A stretch of DNA of 64,000 bases from an uncultured Acidobacteriota bacterium (lineage in GTDB: Bacteria; Acidobacteriota; Thermoanaerobaculia; Gp7-AA8). Below the pieces are notes generated by a model. The model saw only the letters and a list, made by a program, of their open reading frames with translations. It did not search any database and had not been told where the DNA came from. Shown one piece after another: positions 9,944-19,333 of this stretch. The stretch is from positions 1,952,001 to 2,016,000 of the forward strand of contig CAWGHO010000002.1 of NCBI GenBank assembly GCA_963822445.1, given 5' to 3'. Position numbers and translations under genes: made by a program. Numbering within the stretch: the first letter of the stretch is position 1; the number at the start of each line of letters is the position of its first letter.

Positions 9944-11101
9944 TTACTCGATGGCCGCGATGACCCTTGCAACCACTCCGTCAACAGCCTTGCCGCTGAT
10001 CCAGCGCAGGACGATCACCAGATCGTTCTTCGGATCGACGTAAATCGCATTCTGTCCGGCCCCCAGATGCACCCAGGCCTCGGTCGGCGCGCTGGGAAAC
10101 ATCTTGCGATCGGTGTTGAGGAAGTAGTTCATGAAGCCGTAATCGGTTTGCGCCGTCGTCGGCGTGGTTGCGTTGCGAATCCAGTCTTCGGACAGGATCT
10201 GCTTGTCGTTCCAGCGTCCGCGCCGAAGGGTCAGCAGGCCGAATCGCGCCATGTCGCGAGCGTTGATCATCATTCCGCCGCCCCAGTGCGCGCCGCCGCT
10301 CATCGACTGCACGGCCTCGCCGTCGAGCAGCACCCAGGAGTTGTCGTAGCCGTACCAGCGCCAGGTTCGCGACGCGCCGATCGGATCCATCACGTATTCG
10401 CGCAGCACCTGCGGCAACGGCCGGCGCCAGACATTCAGGATCGCCAGCGCGAGCAGGTTCACGCGCGTGTCGTTGTATTCGTAGACCGTCCCCGGCGAGT
10501 GACGCGCGCGTTTGAGCTCCGCCGCGAGATCCTGCGCGGGCCGGTCGGCCCAATCGGGTTTGCCCCACAGCGTGACGCTCCAGTCGGACGTCTGTCGCAG
10601 CATGTGCTCCCAGGTGATGGTCTTCGCGTGCGGTGACTCGAAGAGATCGACGAGCTGGCCTTTCCTCGCGCCTTGCTCGCCGAGGATGTAGACCGGCGGA
10701 ACGGCGTCGGCGACGCGGTCGTTGAGCGCGATCATCTTCCGATCGACGGCCAGGCCGACCACGGTCGAGAGGAAGCTCTTGGTCACGCTGAAGGTGATGT
10801 CGACGCGGTCGGGCTCGCCCCACTCCGCGACGATGTAGCCCTTGTGCACTATGATCCCGGTCTGATCGCCGCGCGTGCGATACGGCCCGACCGTCTCGCT
10901 GAAAGGCTCGCGCCCGAACGCGCCGAGATAGTGCGCTTGCTCGAGATCGCGGGGCTCGGGATGCTCATTCGCTTTTGCGAACGCGATCGCTTCGTCGATC
11001 TTCGCGGGCGGCGTGCGCCGTTCCCACGTCGTGCCTGGCCAGTAGGTTTGCGCATAAAGTTGCGGCGTCAGAACGAGGACGAGAGCGAGCGCATATTTCA
11101 T
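9944..11101 (-). CDS. Secreted serine hydrolase, beta-lactamase/AmpC-like family
   Basis: SVTK (SxxK), YEYND, ARDMARFG motifs; signal peptide MKYALALV from 11101. Confidence 0.88.
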   Translation of the reverse strand: MKYALALVLVLTPQLYAQTYWPGTTWERRTPPAKIDEAIAFAKANEHPEPRDLEQAHYLGAFGREPFSETVGPYRTRGDQTGIIVHKGYIVAEWGEPDRVDITFSVTKSFLSTVVGLAVDRKMIALNDRVADAVPPVYILGEQGARKGQLVDLFESPHAKTITWEHMLRQTSDWSVTLWGKPDWADRPAQDLAAELKRARHSPGTVYEYNDTRVNLLALAILNVWRRPLPQVLREYVMDPIGASRTWRWYGYDNSWVLLDGEAVQSMSGGAHWGGGMMINARDMARFGLLTLRRGRWNDKQILSEDWIRNATTPTTAQTDYGFMNYFLNTDRKMFPSAPTEAWVHLGAGQNAIYVDPKNDLVIVLRWISGKAVDGVVARVIAAIE

Positions 11102-11546
11102 GGGTGAGATTGTCGCGATCTGGATCAAGCGCTTCAAACGTGGGCCGATGGATCCCGTCAACGAAGCGGAAGCGGTGCAGGGCCGCGGGCTGAAGAACAA
11201 CGCCAACCAGGGCGGGAAGCGCCAGGTCACGCTCATCGACGAATCGCGCTGGCGCGAGGCCCAGGACCAGCTCGGAATCGAGGTCGATCCTCGGGCGCGA
11301 CGCGCGAACGTGATGCTGCGCGGCATCGATCTCGAGCGCACCAACGGCCGACTGCTCCGCATCGGTGAATGCGTCGTCAGGATCTACGGCGAGACGCGGC
11401 CGTGCGAGCAGATGGAAGAGGCGCAGGCCGGCTTGCGCGAGGCGCTCAGGCCGCGCTGGCGCGGAGGCGCGTTCGCGGAGGTCGTGACCAGCGGAGCGAT
11501 TCGCGTCGGCGACCGGGCGGAATGGGTGAGCGACGACCTCTTCTGA
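11100..11546 (+). CDS. MOSC domain protein
   Basis: RQVTLID, RRANV, ETRPCEQM, RGGAFAEV..SGAIRVGD. Confidence 0.88.
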   Translation: MGEIVAIWIKRFKRGPMDPVNEAEAVQGRGLKNNANQGGKRQVTLIDESRWREAQDQLGIEVDPRARRANVMLRGIDLERTNGRLLRIGECVVRIYGETRPCEQMEEAQAGLREALRPRWRGGAFAEVVTSGAIRVGDRAEWVSDDLF

Positions 11547-11599
11547 TATCTTCACGATTAACGTCCAAAAATTGTCCCCGCCAACACAGGAGGCGCTGT

Positions 11600-14578
11600 A
11601 TGCGTAGTTCGTCCTCTCTCCGGCCGGTTCTCGTTCTCCTCACCATCCTCGCGGCTTCGTTCGCACTCGCACAATCCCAGGCAACCACCGGCGTCATCGA
11701 GGGCATCGTCACCGATTCCAGCGGCGCGGTGCTTCCCGGTGTGACGGTGACACTGCGGAACACGGCCACGAATTTCGACCAGGTCCAGGTCACTGATTCC
11801 GGCGGCCGTTTCCGCGGAGTCCTCCTGCCGCTCGGGCCCTACGAGATCCGCGCGTCGCTGGAAGGCTTCGCCCCGCAGCTCGTCCGCGGCGTCGACCTCG
11901 GCGTCGGCCAGACCCGCACGGTCGACATCAAAATGTCGCAGGCCGCGGTGTCCGAGGAGCTCGTGGTCACGGCCGAGGCGCCGCTCATCGAGACTGCTCG
12001 CACCGAAGGGGCGACGCGGTTGAACGAAGAGGCGATGTCCGATCTGCCGAACAACGGCCGCAACTTCCTGGAGATGACCAAGCTCACTCCCGGCGTCACG
12101 ATCGTCCAGGGTCCCGACGGCGACGAATTGTCCATCAACGGGCAGAAAGGCATCTCCAACAACATCTCCGTCGACGGCGCGGACTTCAACAATCCGTTCT
12201 TCGGCGAGCAGCGCGGCGGGCAGCGGCCGGCGTTCACCTTCAACCTCGATGCGGTGAAGGAAATGGTCGTCGTCGCCGACGGCGCGAACGCGGAGTTCGG
12301 GCGTTCGCAGTCGGGCTTCGTGAACGTCATCACCAAGTCGGGTACCAACGACATGATGGGTACCGCCCACGCCGTGTTCAAGCAGGATTCACTGTCGTCG
12401 GATCCGAAAACTCCGGACGGCGGCACTGCGCCGTACGAGTTCGACCAGACCCAGTTCGGTTTCACGTTCGGCGGCCCACTGATCCGCGACCGGTTGTTCT
12501 ACTTCACCGCGTTCGATTTCCAGGACGCGTCGTCGACCAAACAGACAGACCCGAACCGCATCGAAGCGGCGGTCGTGGCCGAGTTGGCGAAGCTCGGATC
12601 GCCCAACGAGAATGGACCGATCGAGCGCACCAATGACGCACGCGTGCTCCTGATCAAGACCGACTGGAACGCCAGCGCGCGCAGCCTGGCCACGCTCCGC
12701 TACAACTACACGTGGTCCGAGCAGGTCAACGGCACGTTCGACGTCGACTCGTGGGGCCGCAGTGCGAACGCCATCGAGAAAGATCACTCGCACGCTGTCA
12801 GCGGCTCGTTCATCTCGACGCTGCAGAGCAATCTCCTGAACGAGTTTCGCTTCCAGTGGGCGCGCGAGGATCGACCGCGCCCATACAACGGGCCGAACAT
12901 CACCGGGCAGAACCGGCCGCTGCCCGACACCGCGTTCGACTTCACTCCGGGTCACGAAAAGCGCTTCGGTATGCCGTTCTTCATCCCGGTCGAGTACTAC
13001 GACACGCGCATCCAGTTCAACAACAACGTGTCCTGGCTGCGCGGAGCGCACTCGATCAAGGCTGGCCTCGAGTTCAACCGCGTGAACTCGGTGCAGACCT
13101 TCCTCGGGTTCGCGAACGGCCGCTACATCTTCGACTCCATGGAAGGCTTCCTGGACGATGTGCAGAACCGCACGAACAATCACGTGCTGCTCTATCTGCA
13201 GCAGGCCGGCGTCGGCAACATCTCCGTGGAGGAAGCGGGAACTCAGAGCATTCCGCAGACCGAGCCCGGAGTCTTCATTCAGGATTCCTGGCAAGCGACT
13301 CCGAACCTGAACGTGCAGTACGGACTCCGCTGGGAAGCGCAGCTCCAGCCTGACCCGATCACCGACCCGGACGAGGTCTTCTACGCGCCCTTCATCGGCA
13401 CCACGCGTGGCGGCGTGGAGTTCCCGTCGGACGGAACAGTCCCGTCAGATACCAGCATGTGGCAGCCCCGCTTCGGCATCTCCTGGAATCCGAGCGGCGA
13501 CGGACGGAAGGTGCTGCGCGCGAATGCGGGCATCTTCTACGGACGCATCCCGGGACTGGCTCTGGCGTCGTCGCGCTCGACGAACGGCAGCCGCGGCCAG
13601 ACGATCTTCCGCAGCAGCGTGGTGAACTTCGATGGCTGTCTGCCGATCTATCCGAACAAGCTCGAGGCCAGGTGCATCGGCGAGCCGGACCATCCCGACG
13701 TCTTCGTGTTCGACAAGGACTTCCAGAATCCCCGCACGACCTCGGCGTCCGTCTCCTGGGAGCAGGAGGTCATTCCGGAGTATGCCCTCCTGGTCAAGTA
13801 CAACTACGCCAAGGGCTCGCACATCACGCGCTTCCTCAACGGCAACGATCGCCTGCTGTGGGACGGCGAGCCGGAGGATTGCTCGTTCGCATGCGGACCG
13901 TTCAGCAGCGGGCTGGGCGCGAGCGGTGGCAACGGCGTCGGTGCCCTCACCGTCGTGAGCTCGACGGCGAAGAGTCTCTATCACGGCGTGACACTCGGCG
14001 TGACCAAGCGCCCCTCGCACAATCTGCAGTTCCAGGCGTTCTACACGTATTCGAAAGACAAGTCGGATGACGACAACGAGCGAGATCCGTTCTCGTTCCG
14101 CTACGCGAAGATCACGGATCTCGACGCGGAGTACGGCTACTCCGACCGCGATCAGCGGCATCGCGTGAACAGCTGGCTTCTCTGGAACGCCCCGATGGGC
14201 TTCGAAGTGAACTTTCGCTACTCGTATCGTTCCGCGCAACCGAAGTCGATCACGGCCTCCGGCGCCGATGCGGCGACGCCTCAGGACCGTTGTTCGTCGA
14301 GGTTCGCAGACGGCTCGTGCAAGGACGACGCGATCGTTACCCGACGCAACCTCGGCCGCAAGGACAATCAGTACTCCTCGCTCGACGTGCGCGTGTCGAA
14401 GCAGTTCGCTGTCGGCGGCGTAACGGTAGAGCCGGCGATCGACGTCTTCAATCTCATGGACAGCGAGAACTTCCGGCGCCCCGAAGTGACGAGCCTCGTC
14501 TTCAACTTCGACGGTACCGTGCAAAGTGGCGCCGGCGATCCGCGGCAGATGCAGCTCGCGCTGCGCGTGATCTGGTAG
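11600..14578 (+). CDS. TonB-dependent receptor with carboxypeptidase-regulatory-like N-terminal domain (Oar-like)
   Basis: AGGAGG RBS, signal peptide, LPNNGRNF plug, VITKSGTN, C-terminal PRQMQLALRVIW strand. Confidence 0.92.
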   Translation: MRSSSSLRPVLVLLTILAASFALAQSQATTGVIEGIVTDSSGAVLPGVTVTLRNTATNFDQVQVTDSGGRFRGVLLPLGPYEIRASLEGFAPQLVRGVDLGVGQTRTVDIKMSQAAVSEELVVTAEAPLIETARTEGATRLNEEAMSDLPNNGRNFLEMTKLTPGVTIVQGPDGDELSINGQKGISNNISVDGADFNNPFFGEQRGGQRPAFTFNLDAVKEMVVVADGANAEFGRSQSGFVNVITKSGTNDMMGTAHAVFKQDSLSSDPKTPDGGTAPYEFDQTQFGFTFGGPLIRDRLFYFTAFDFQDASSTKQTDPNRIEAAVVAELAKLGSPNENGPIERTNDARVLLIKTDWNASARSLATLRYNYTWSEQVNGTFDVDSWGRSANAIEKDHSHAVSGSFISTLQSNLLNEFRFQWAREDRPRPYNGPNITGQNRPLPDTAFDFTPGHEKRFGMPFFIPVEYYDTRIQFNNNVSWLRGAHSIKAGLEFNRVNSVQTFLGFANGRYIFDSMEGFLDDVQNRTNNHVLLYLQQAGVGNISVEEAGTQSIPQTEPGVFIQDSWQATPNLNVQYGLRWEAQLQPDPITDPDEVFYAPFIGTTRGGVEFPSDGTVPSDTSMWQPRFGISWNPSGDGRKVLRANAGIFYGRIPGLALASSRSTNGSRGQTIFRSSVVNFDGCLPIYPNKLEARCIGEPDHPDVFVFDKDFQNPRTTSASVSWEQEVIPEYALLVKYNYAKGSHITRFLNGNDRLLWDGEPEDCSFACGPFSSGLGASGGNGVGALTVVSSTAKSLYHGVTLGVTKRPSHNLQFQAFYTYSKDKSDDDNERDPFSFRYAKITDLDAEYGYSDRDQRHRVNSWLLWNAPMGFEVNFRYSYRSAQPKSITASGADAATPQDRCSSRFADGSCKDDAIVTRRNLGRKDNQYSSLDVRVSKQFAVGGVTVEPAIDVFNLMDSENFRRPEVTSLVFNFDGTVQSGAGDPRQMQLALRVIW

Positions 14579-14586
14579 GTGTAGCG

Positions 14587-14883
14587 ATGTTCGTGATTCG
14601 CGATGTCTTCCGTTGCAGGCCGGGAAAAGCCAAAGAGCTGGTCGAGAAATTCAAGCAGACGCTTGCTTCGACCGAGGAGAACGATGGGTTCAGGAACTCG
14701 CGGATCATGGTCGACGCCGTGGCCGAGTACTGGACGGTCGTGATCGAGGCCGACTGCGAAAAGCTGGAAGACTTCGAAAAGCACATGCGCGAGTACGGCA
14801 CGCGTCCCGAGGTTCGGGATGCGATGCAGGGCTACATGGATCTGGTGGTCGAAGGACGCCGGGAGATCTTCCGGATCGTCTGA
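14587..14883 (+). CDS. Small dimeric alpha/beta-barrel (NIPSNAP-like) protein
   Basis: 98 aa, MFVIRDVFRCRPGKA...GRREIFRIV pattern. Confidence 0.6.
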   Translation: MFVIRDVFRCRPGKAKELVEKFKQTLASTEENDGFRNSRIMVDAVAEYWTVVIEADCEKLEDFEKHMREYGTRPEVRDAMQGYMDLVVEGRREIFRIV

Positions 14884-14902
14884 TCCGGAAGATCGTTCCC
14901 GT

Positions 14903-15673
14903 TCACGTGTTGATCGCCCGGTACCGCGCGTTCAGAAATGCGTAGACGCCGTAAGCCATGAAGCCGATTCCCACGGCGAGCAGCATCGGTGCGGGCAACT
15001 CGCCGAGCGCCCCTTGCGTGCCGTGCGCGGAGCTGGGGTTGTGGCGCATCGCCGCGATCAGCAGTGAGCCACCGACGACCAGGAGGACGATTCCGCGCGC
15101 GCCGATGCCGAGTCGCGAGATGGTCACGACCTTGCGCTCCGTCGAAGCCTTCATCTCGCCGAGGTGGAGGCGTTTGCTCAGCTTCGACTCCCACGCGCGA
15201 TAGAGCTGATACGCGCCGTAGCCGACGATTCCGAGGCCCACGAGCGCGACCATGGTGCGGCCGAAGGGTTGTTCCATCAGCCGGGCCGTCCAGTGATCGG
15301 CTTTCTGTTCGCTGCCTTCCGGTGATTCGCCGCGCGTGAGCAGGCGGACGATCTCGACGACGAAAAGGCCGTAGACGAGACCGCGGAAGGCCTGACCGAC
15401 GCGGATGGCCAGGCCTTTCGGATTGCTGCCGCGGCGATCGGAATCGGCGAAGCCGCTGGCCAGCAGCCAGAGCGCATAGCCGATCAGGCCCAGGATCATG
15501 ATCACGAGGACCGGTTTGCCGAAAGGTTTTTCGAGCAGGTACTGAATCGCGCCTTCGTGGTCGGTTGCGCCGCCGCCTTTGCCGAGACCTGCCGCCGCGG
15601 CGAGCATGCCGATGATGAGATAGACCGTACCGATCGAAGCGAATCCGAGCCGTGCGAGGCGTTCGATGATCAT
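14903..15673 (-). CDS. DUF1206 membrane protein
   Basis: ERLARLGFASIGTVY start; three repeated TM units (PFGK/PFGR). Confidence 0.8.
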   Translation of the reverse strand: MIIERLARLGFASIGTVYLIIGMLAAAAGLGKGGGATDHEGAIQYLLEKPFGKPVLVIMILGLIGYALWLLASGFADSDRRGSNPKGLAIRVGQAFRGLVYGLFVVEIVRLLTRGESPEGSEQKADHWTARLMEQPFGRTMVALVGLGIVGYGAYQLYRAWESKLSKRLHLGEMKASTERKVVTISRLGIGARGIVLLVVGGSLLIAAMRHNPSSAHGTQGALGELPAPMLLAVGIGFMAYGVYAFLNARYRAINT

Positions 15674-15679
15674 GCGCCG

Positions 15680-15703
15680 GTGTAGTGCAGGCCTCTGGCC
15701 TGC
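15680..15703 (+). repeat. GTAG-type REP-like palindrome, single copy
   Basis: GTGTAGT-GCAGGCC-TCT-GGCCTGC; near-identical to the left arm at 16885. Confidence 0.6.
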
Positions 15704-15740
15704 TTTTGGCGTTACGCCCGGAAAAGGAGGTACGCCCCGA

Positions 15741-16460
15741 ATGAAGAAACTCATCGCGCTAGCCTTGTTCGCGATTCCGCTGTTCGCGCAGGATGCGCCG
15801 CCGCCCAAGCCCTGGACGAGCAGCGCCGGCGCCGGCATCGCGCTGACCAGCGGCAACACCGACACGCAGAACATCAATTTGTCCTTCAACACGCTCTGGG
15901 ATCCGAAGACCAGCCGCACGTTCAAAGCCGACGCGGTCTACCTGCTCGGCCGCAACAACGGCGAGAAGCAGCTCGACAAGGCCAGCGCGAACGCGCGCTA
16001 CGAGCGGCTCTTCGATCAGCGCGCGTTCTGGTTCGGCGAGCTCGCTTATCTCCGCGATCCGCTCAAGGAGATCTCGTATCTCGTCTCGCCGCTGGCCGGC
16101 GCGGGCATTCACGTGATCAACACCGACGCTCGCAAGCTGACCTTCGACGCGGCGGTTGGCGCCGTGGTGGAGAGCAACGCGAGCTTCGGCAGTGAGACCA
16201 GCGGCGCATTCAAAGCGGGACAGAGTTTCGACTGGACGATCTCGCCGGTCAGCAAATTCACACAGCGTCTGAACGGGCTGTTCAAGGCGGATGACTTCGG
16301 CGACGCGCTGTACCACTTCGACGCCGGCCTGGCCACGACGGTGGCCTCGCGGCTGGAGCTGAAGGTGTCGTACATCTATGACTACAAGAATCAGCCGCCG
16401 TCGCCGGAGATCGAGAAGGGCGACAGCGCCTTGTTCGCGGCGTTGCTTGTCAAGTTCTAA
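15741..16460 (+). CDS. DUF481 outer-membrane beta-barrel (YdiY-like)
   Basis: AAGGAGG RBS, signal peptide, TSGNTDT motif, C-terminal Phe. Confidence 0.85.
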   Translation: MKKLIALALFAIPLFAQDAPPPKPWTSSAGAGIALTSGNTDTQNINLSFNTLWDPKTSRTFKADAVYLLGRNNGEKQLDKASANARYERLFDQRAFWFGELAYLRDPLKEISYLVSPLAGAGIHVINTDARKLTFDAAVGAVVESNASFGSETSGAFKAGQSFDWTISPVSKFTQRLNGLFKADDFGDALYHFDAGLATTVASRLELKVSYIYDYKNQPPSPEIEKGDSALFAALLVKF

Positions 16461-16498
16461 AAACACCCGTTTTCCGGCCCAAAATCGCGAAAATACGG

Positions 16499-16527
16499 TT
16501 GCGTCGCGAGCGAATCGCGCATAGATT
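16499..16527 (+). promoter_or_regulatory. Putative sigma70 promoter of hup
   Basis: TTGCGT-N17-TAGATT; AAGGAG RBS near 16562. Confidence 0.55.
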
Positions 16528-16580
16528 GCGTCGCTACGTCCGGCAGCGGACAAATCTCGAGAAGGAGAACACCAACACAC

Positions 16581-16874
16581 ATGGCGGCAGGCCCGATGAC
16601 CAAGTCCCAGCTCATCAACACCATCGCCGAAGAGTCCGAAGTTCCGCGCAAGACCGCGCAGCGGATGCTCGAAGTGCTCGGCGAAGTCGCTTACAAGGAA
16701 GCCAAGAAAGGCTTCACGCTCCCCGGCCTCGGCAAGCTCGTGCTCGTGAACCGGAAGGCCCGCACCGGCCGCAACCCGGCCACCGGCGAGGCGATCAAGA
16801 TTCCCGCCAAGAAGGTCCTCAAGTTCCGCATCGCCAAAGCAGCCAAGGACGCGATCCTCGGCATCAAGAAATAG
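16581..16874 (+). CDS. hup: HU family DNA-binding protein
   Basis: MTKSQLI, LPGLGK, RKARTGRNPATGEAIKIPAK. Confidence 0.95.
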   Translation: MAAGPMTKSQLINTIAEESEVPRKTAQRMLEVLGEVAYKEAKKGFTLPGLGKLVLVNRKARTGRNPATGEAIKIPAKKVLKFRIAKAAKDAILGIKK

Positions 16875-16884
16875 CTTTCGTCTC

Positions 16885-16941
16885 GTGTAGTGTGGGCCTC
16901 TGGCCTACCTCGGAAGGTAGGCGAGGACGCCCACACTACAC
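16885..16941. repeat. Inverted GTAG-type REP doublet (hairpin)
   Basis: GTGTAGTGTGGGC...GCCCACACTACAC 13-bp perfect outer arms, inner GCCTACCT/AGGTAGGC stem. Confidence 0.7.
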
Positions 16942-16956
16942 CTGGGAGGTTTCTCC

Positions 16957-17493
16957 TTGCCGCATCGCTATCCGCAGGAAGCCGTGCTTCGCGACGGCCG
17001 CCGCGTGTTCCTCCGACCCTTCGCCGAAAAAGACGTCGATGCCCTGTACGACTTCTTCCACCGCATGCCGCTCGAGTACCGGCGCTTCGCGTGGGACAAC
17101 GTCGACAACCGCGCTCTGATCGAGAGCTGGGGACGCAGCGTCGACTACGGGAAGGTCTTTCCCCTCCTGGCCATCGACGGCACGCGCATCGTCGCCGACG
17201 CCACGCTGCATCTGCGCAAAGGCGGGCCGCTCCGCCTGGTCGGCCGGCTGAAGTGGATGATCGACCCGAACTTCCGCGGTGAAGGCCTCGGCACGACGCT
17301 GGTGAACCACCTCGTTCACATCGCGCGCGATCGCGGTCTGCGCCACGTGAGCTGCATGCTGATCTCCGACCTCGAAGCCGACGCGGTGAAGACGCTCGAG
17401 GAACTGGGATTCACCTCGTTCGTGCAACCCGGATACGGAACCGATCCGGACGGGAATCAGCACGACATGACCAAGCTGATTCTCAAGCTGTGA
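16957..17493 (+). CDS. GNAT N-acetyltransferase (Pat-type stand-alone GNAT domain)
   Basis: TTG start after GGAGG; LRDGRRVFLRP N-terminus; FRGEGLGT acetyl-CoA motif A. Confidence 0.85.
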   Translation: MPHRYPQEAVLRDGRRVFLRPFAEKDVDALYDFFHRMPLEYRRFAWDNVDNRALIESWGRSVDYGKVFPLLAIDGTRIVADATLHLRKGGPLRLVGRLKWMIDPNFRGEGLGTTLVNHLVHIARDRGLRHVSCMLISDLEADAVKTLEELGFTSFVQPGYGTDPDGNQHDMTKLILKL

Positions 17494-19222
17494 CGGCTGG
17501 CGGCGCCTTGGGTGCGCGCCGGCCGTGACGCTTCTGTCGCTGGCTGCGGCCGATCCCGGCTGCAGCGACAGGATGACAGAGCCGGCAGGCCTGAAGACCG
17601 CGAGCCTCTGCCGCGATGCTGGTGTCGAGAAGGATCCGCTTGGACGCGGCGATCTTCACGGCGCTCGGGCACGATTGCAGGTGATATTTCGACGCTTCGC
17701 TCGACGCGACGAGCTGGATCGCTGTCTCCTGGGTCGATAGGAGCGCTTCGAACTCAGCCGAGGTGAAACTGACTTCGACCAGTTTGGCCCGGCCCTGAGG
17801 TTGATCCATGAACGTCCAGAGCGCATCGGTCCATTGGAGAGCGATGCTGCTGTCCTCTTTGATCTTCTGCCGCAGCGCGGCGATCACTCGTGACTCGTCG
17901 AGAAAGCCGTGCAGGAGGAGCGCGCGGCCGAACGGCAAACCGGTCGTCTCACAAGTCTCGAGCGCCTTCCTCCGCTGAGCCTCGCTGATCCATTCCCACG
18001 CGACCAGTCGCTCGCCCAGCGTCGCGGAGTTCTCGCTCGCGGCGCACGAAACGATGCGGCCGGCGGTGAGATAGATCCCGAGATGCTGCCGTCCGTCGCT
18101 CAAGGCCAGAAGCCCGCTCCGGCGCTCCGCTTCCAGTCCTGAAATGACCTGGAAAAGAGAGCCTTCGACGAGGAGTTGCCATAGCGGCTCTTCGTTGGTG
18201 GTGGTCGAGGTGGGAGGCGGCTCGACGGTCGCTTCGACCGCCTCGGCCTGGCGCTGGGTCCTCTCCTTCTTGAGCGCGCCCGCCAGGATGCGGAGCTCCC
18301 GAAGGTGCAGGGTTTCGGCTGTCTTGAGGCGGGCGACGATGGTCTGGAGCGCGGCGTTTTTCTGCTGTTCCTTCTCCAGTTCGTCCTGGAGACTCTTGAT
18401 CGCCGCAGACGGGTCGATGGCAGGGGTGATCACTTCGACGAATCCGCCCGCCGATCCGTCCGGCGAATAGCGCGTGATCGTGCTTGTCACCCAGATATGA
18501 GTCCCGTCGCGTCGAACGCGCCAATCCTCATTTTCGTGGCTGCCGTTTTCGGCCGCGGCGCGCAGGTGAGCGGTGGGAGTGTCCGCCCAGTTGTCCTGAT
18601 CCCGGTAGAGCGTGCAGCGATTGCGACCCGCGACTTCCTCGGGCTTGTACCCGAAGATCGCTGCCGCGCCGCGGTTCCAGCCGGTGATGATGCCGCGCGT
18701 GTCCATGCGGATGACGGCGGCGTGCGTCAGCCGGTTCAGAATCAGTGTGGATAACCGGTCGGCATCGTGCGCGGTGTCGCCGTCGAGCGCCGCGGGCTCA
18801 ATGCTGTGAACGACCAGCCACGGTTCGCCCGGGTTGACCTGCACCAGCGCGGCGCTCGCATGGATCGTCCTGTAGCTCCCCCGCTTGTCCATCACCCGCT
18901 TGCGGAGGCGGTAGTGGGGGATGTCCCCCTGAAGGAGTGCGCGAAGCAGCTTGATTTCGTGCGGCGCATCGTCAGGGTGCGTGATGTCGCGCAAGGTGAT
19001 GCGTAACAGCTCCTCGCGCGTGTAACCGAGCGTGGTGCAGCAGGCCTTGTTGAACCAGAGCCAGTGGCCATCGACTGCCGACAGGGCCAAGCCGACCGGA
19101 GCGCCGTCGATGGCGTGGCGCAGGCGAAGGTCACGCGTTGCCGCCGAGGAGCGCACAGGCGCAGGAACGATTTCCTTCCGGAAAGGTCGCGGGATCAAAG
19201 GGATCATGGACGCGTCGAACAT
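17483..19222 (-). CDS. Signalling protein: PAS-PAS-coiled coil-DUF4388-like-Ada-like Zn-binding domain
   Basis: PAS1 LGYTREELL..ITHPDD; PAS2 WNRGAAAIFGY..RVRRDGT; RRSGLLAL..IYLTAGRI; C-terminal KYHLQSC..GLQACRLCHP. Confidence 0.75.
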   Translation of the reverse strand: MFDASMIPLIPRPFRKEIVPAPVRSSAATRDLRLRHAIDGAPVGLALSAVDGHWLWFNKACCTTLGYTREELLRITLRDITHPDDAPHEIKLLRALLQGDIPHYRLRKRVMDKRGSYRTIHASAALVQVNPGEPWLVVHSIEPAALDGDTAHDADRLSTLILNRLTHAAVIRMDTRGIITGWNRGAAAIFGYKPEEVAGRNRCTLYRDQDNWADTPTAHLRAAAENGSHENEDWRVRRDGTHIWVTSTITRYSPDGSAGGFVEVITPAIDPSAAIKSLQDELEKEQQKNAALQTIVARLKTAETLHLRELRILAGALKKERTQRQAEAVEATVEPPPTSTTTNEEPLWQLLVEGSLFQVISGLEAERRSGLLALSDGRQHLGIYLTAGRIVSCAASENSATLGERLVAWEWISEAQRRKALETCETTGLPFGRALLLHGFLDESRVIAALRQKIKEDSSIALQWTDALWTFMDQPQGRAKLVEVSFTSAEFEALLSTQETAIQLVASSEASKYHLQSCPSAVKIAASKRILLDTSIAAEARGLQACRLCHPVAAAGIGRSQRQKRHGRRAPKAPPAVTA

Positions 19223-19333
19223 ACGGTTCGCACGTCACAGGACCGCGCGCGAAGTCATCACAGGCGTGTGAGAACGCTCGCTCGTCAGCGCAAGACGACA
19301 CTCCTGATGCAGCGGTCGCTTACCATTCCCGGC

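Noticed and set aside
9944-11101. Beta-lactamase resistance gene
   Set aside because: SxxK and YxN-like motifs place it only in the broad serine hydrolase family; no evidence of beta-lactam specificity
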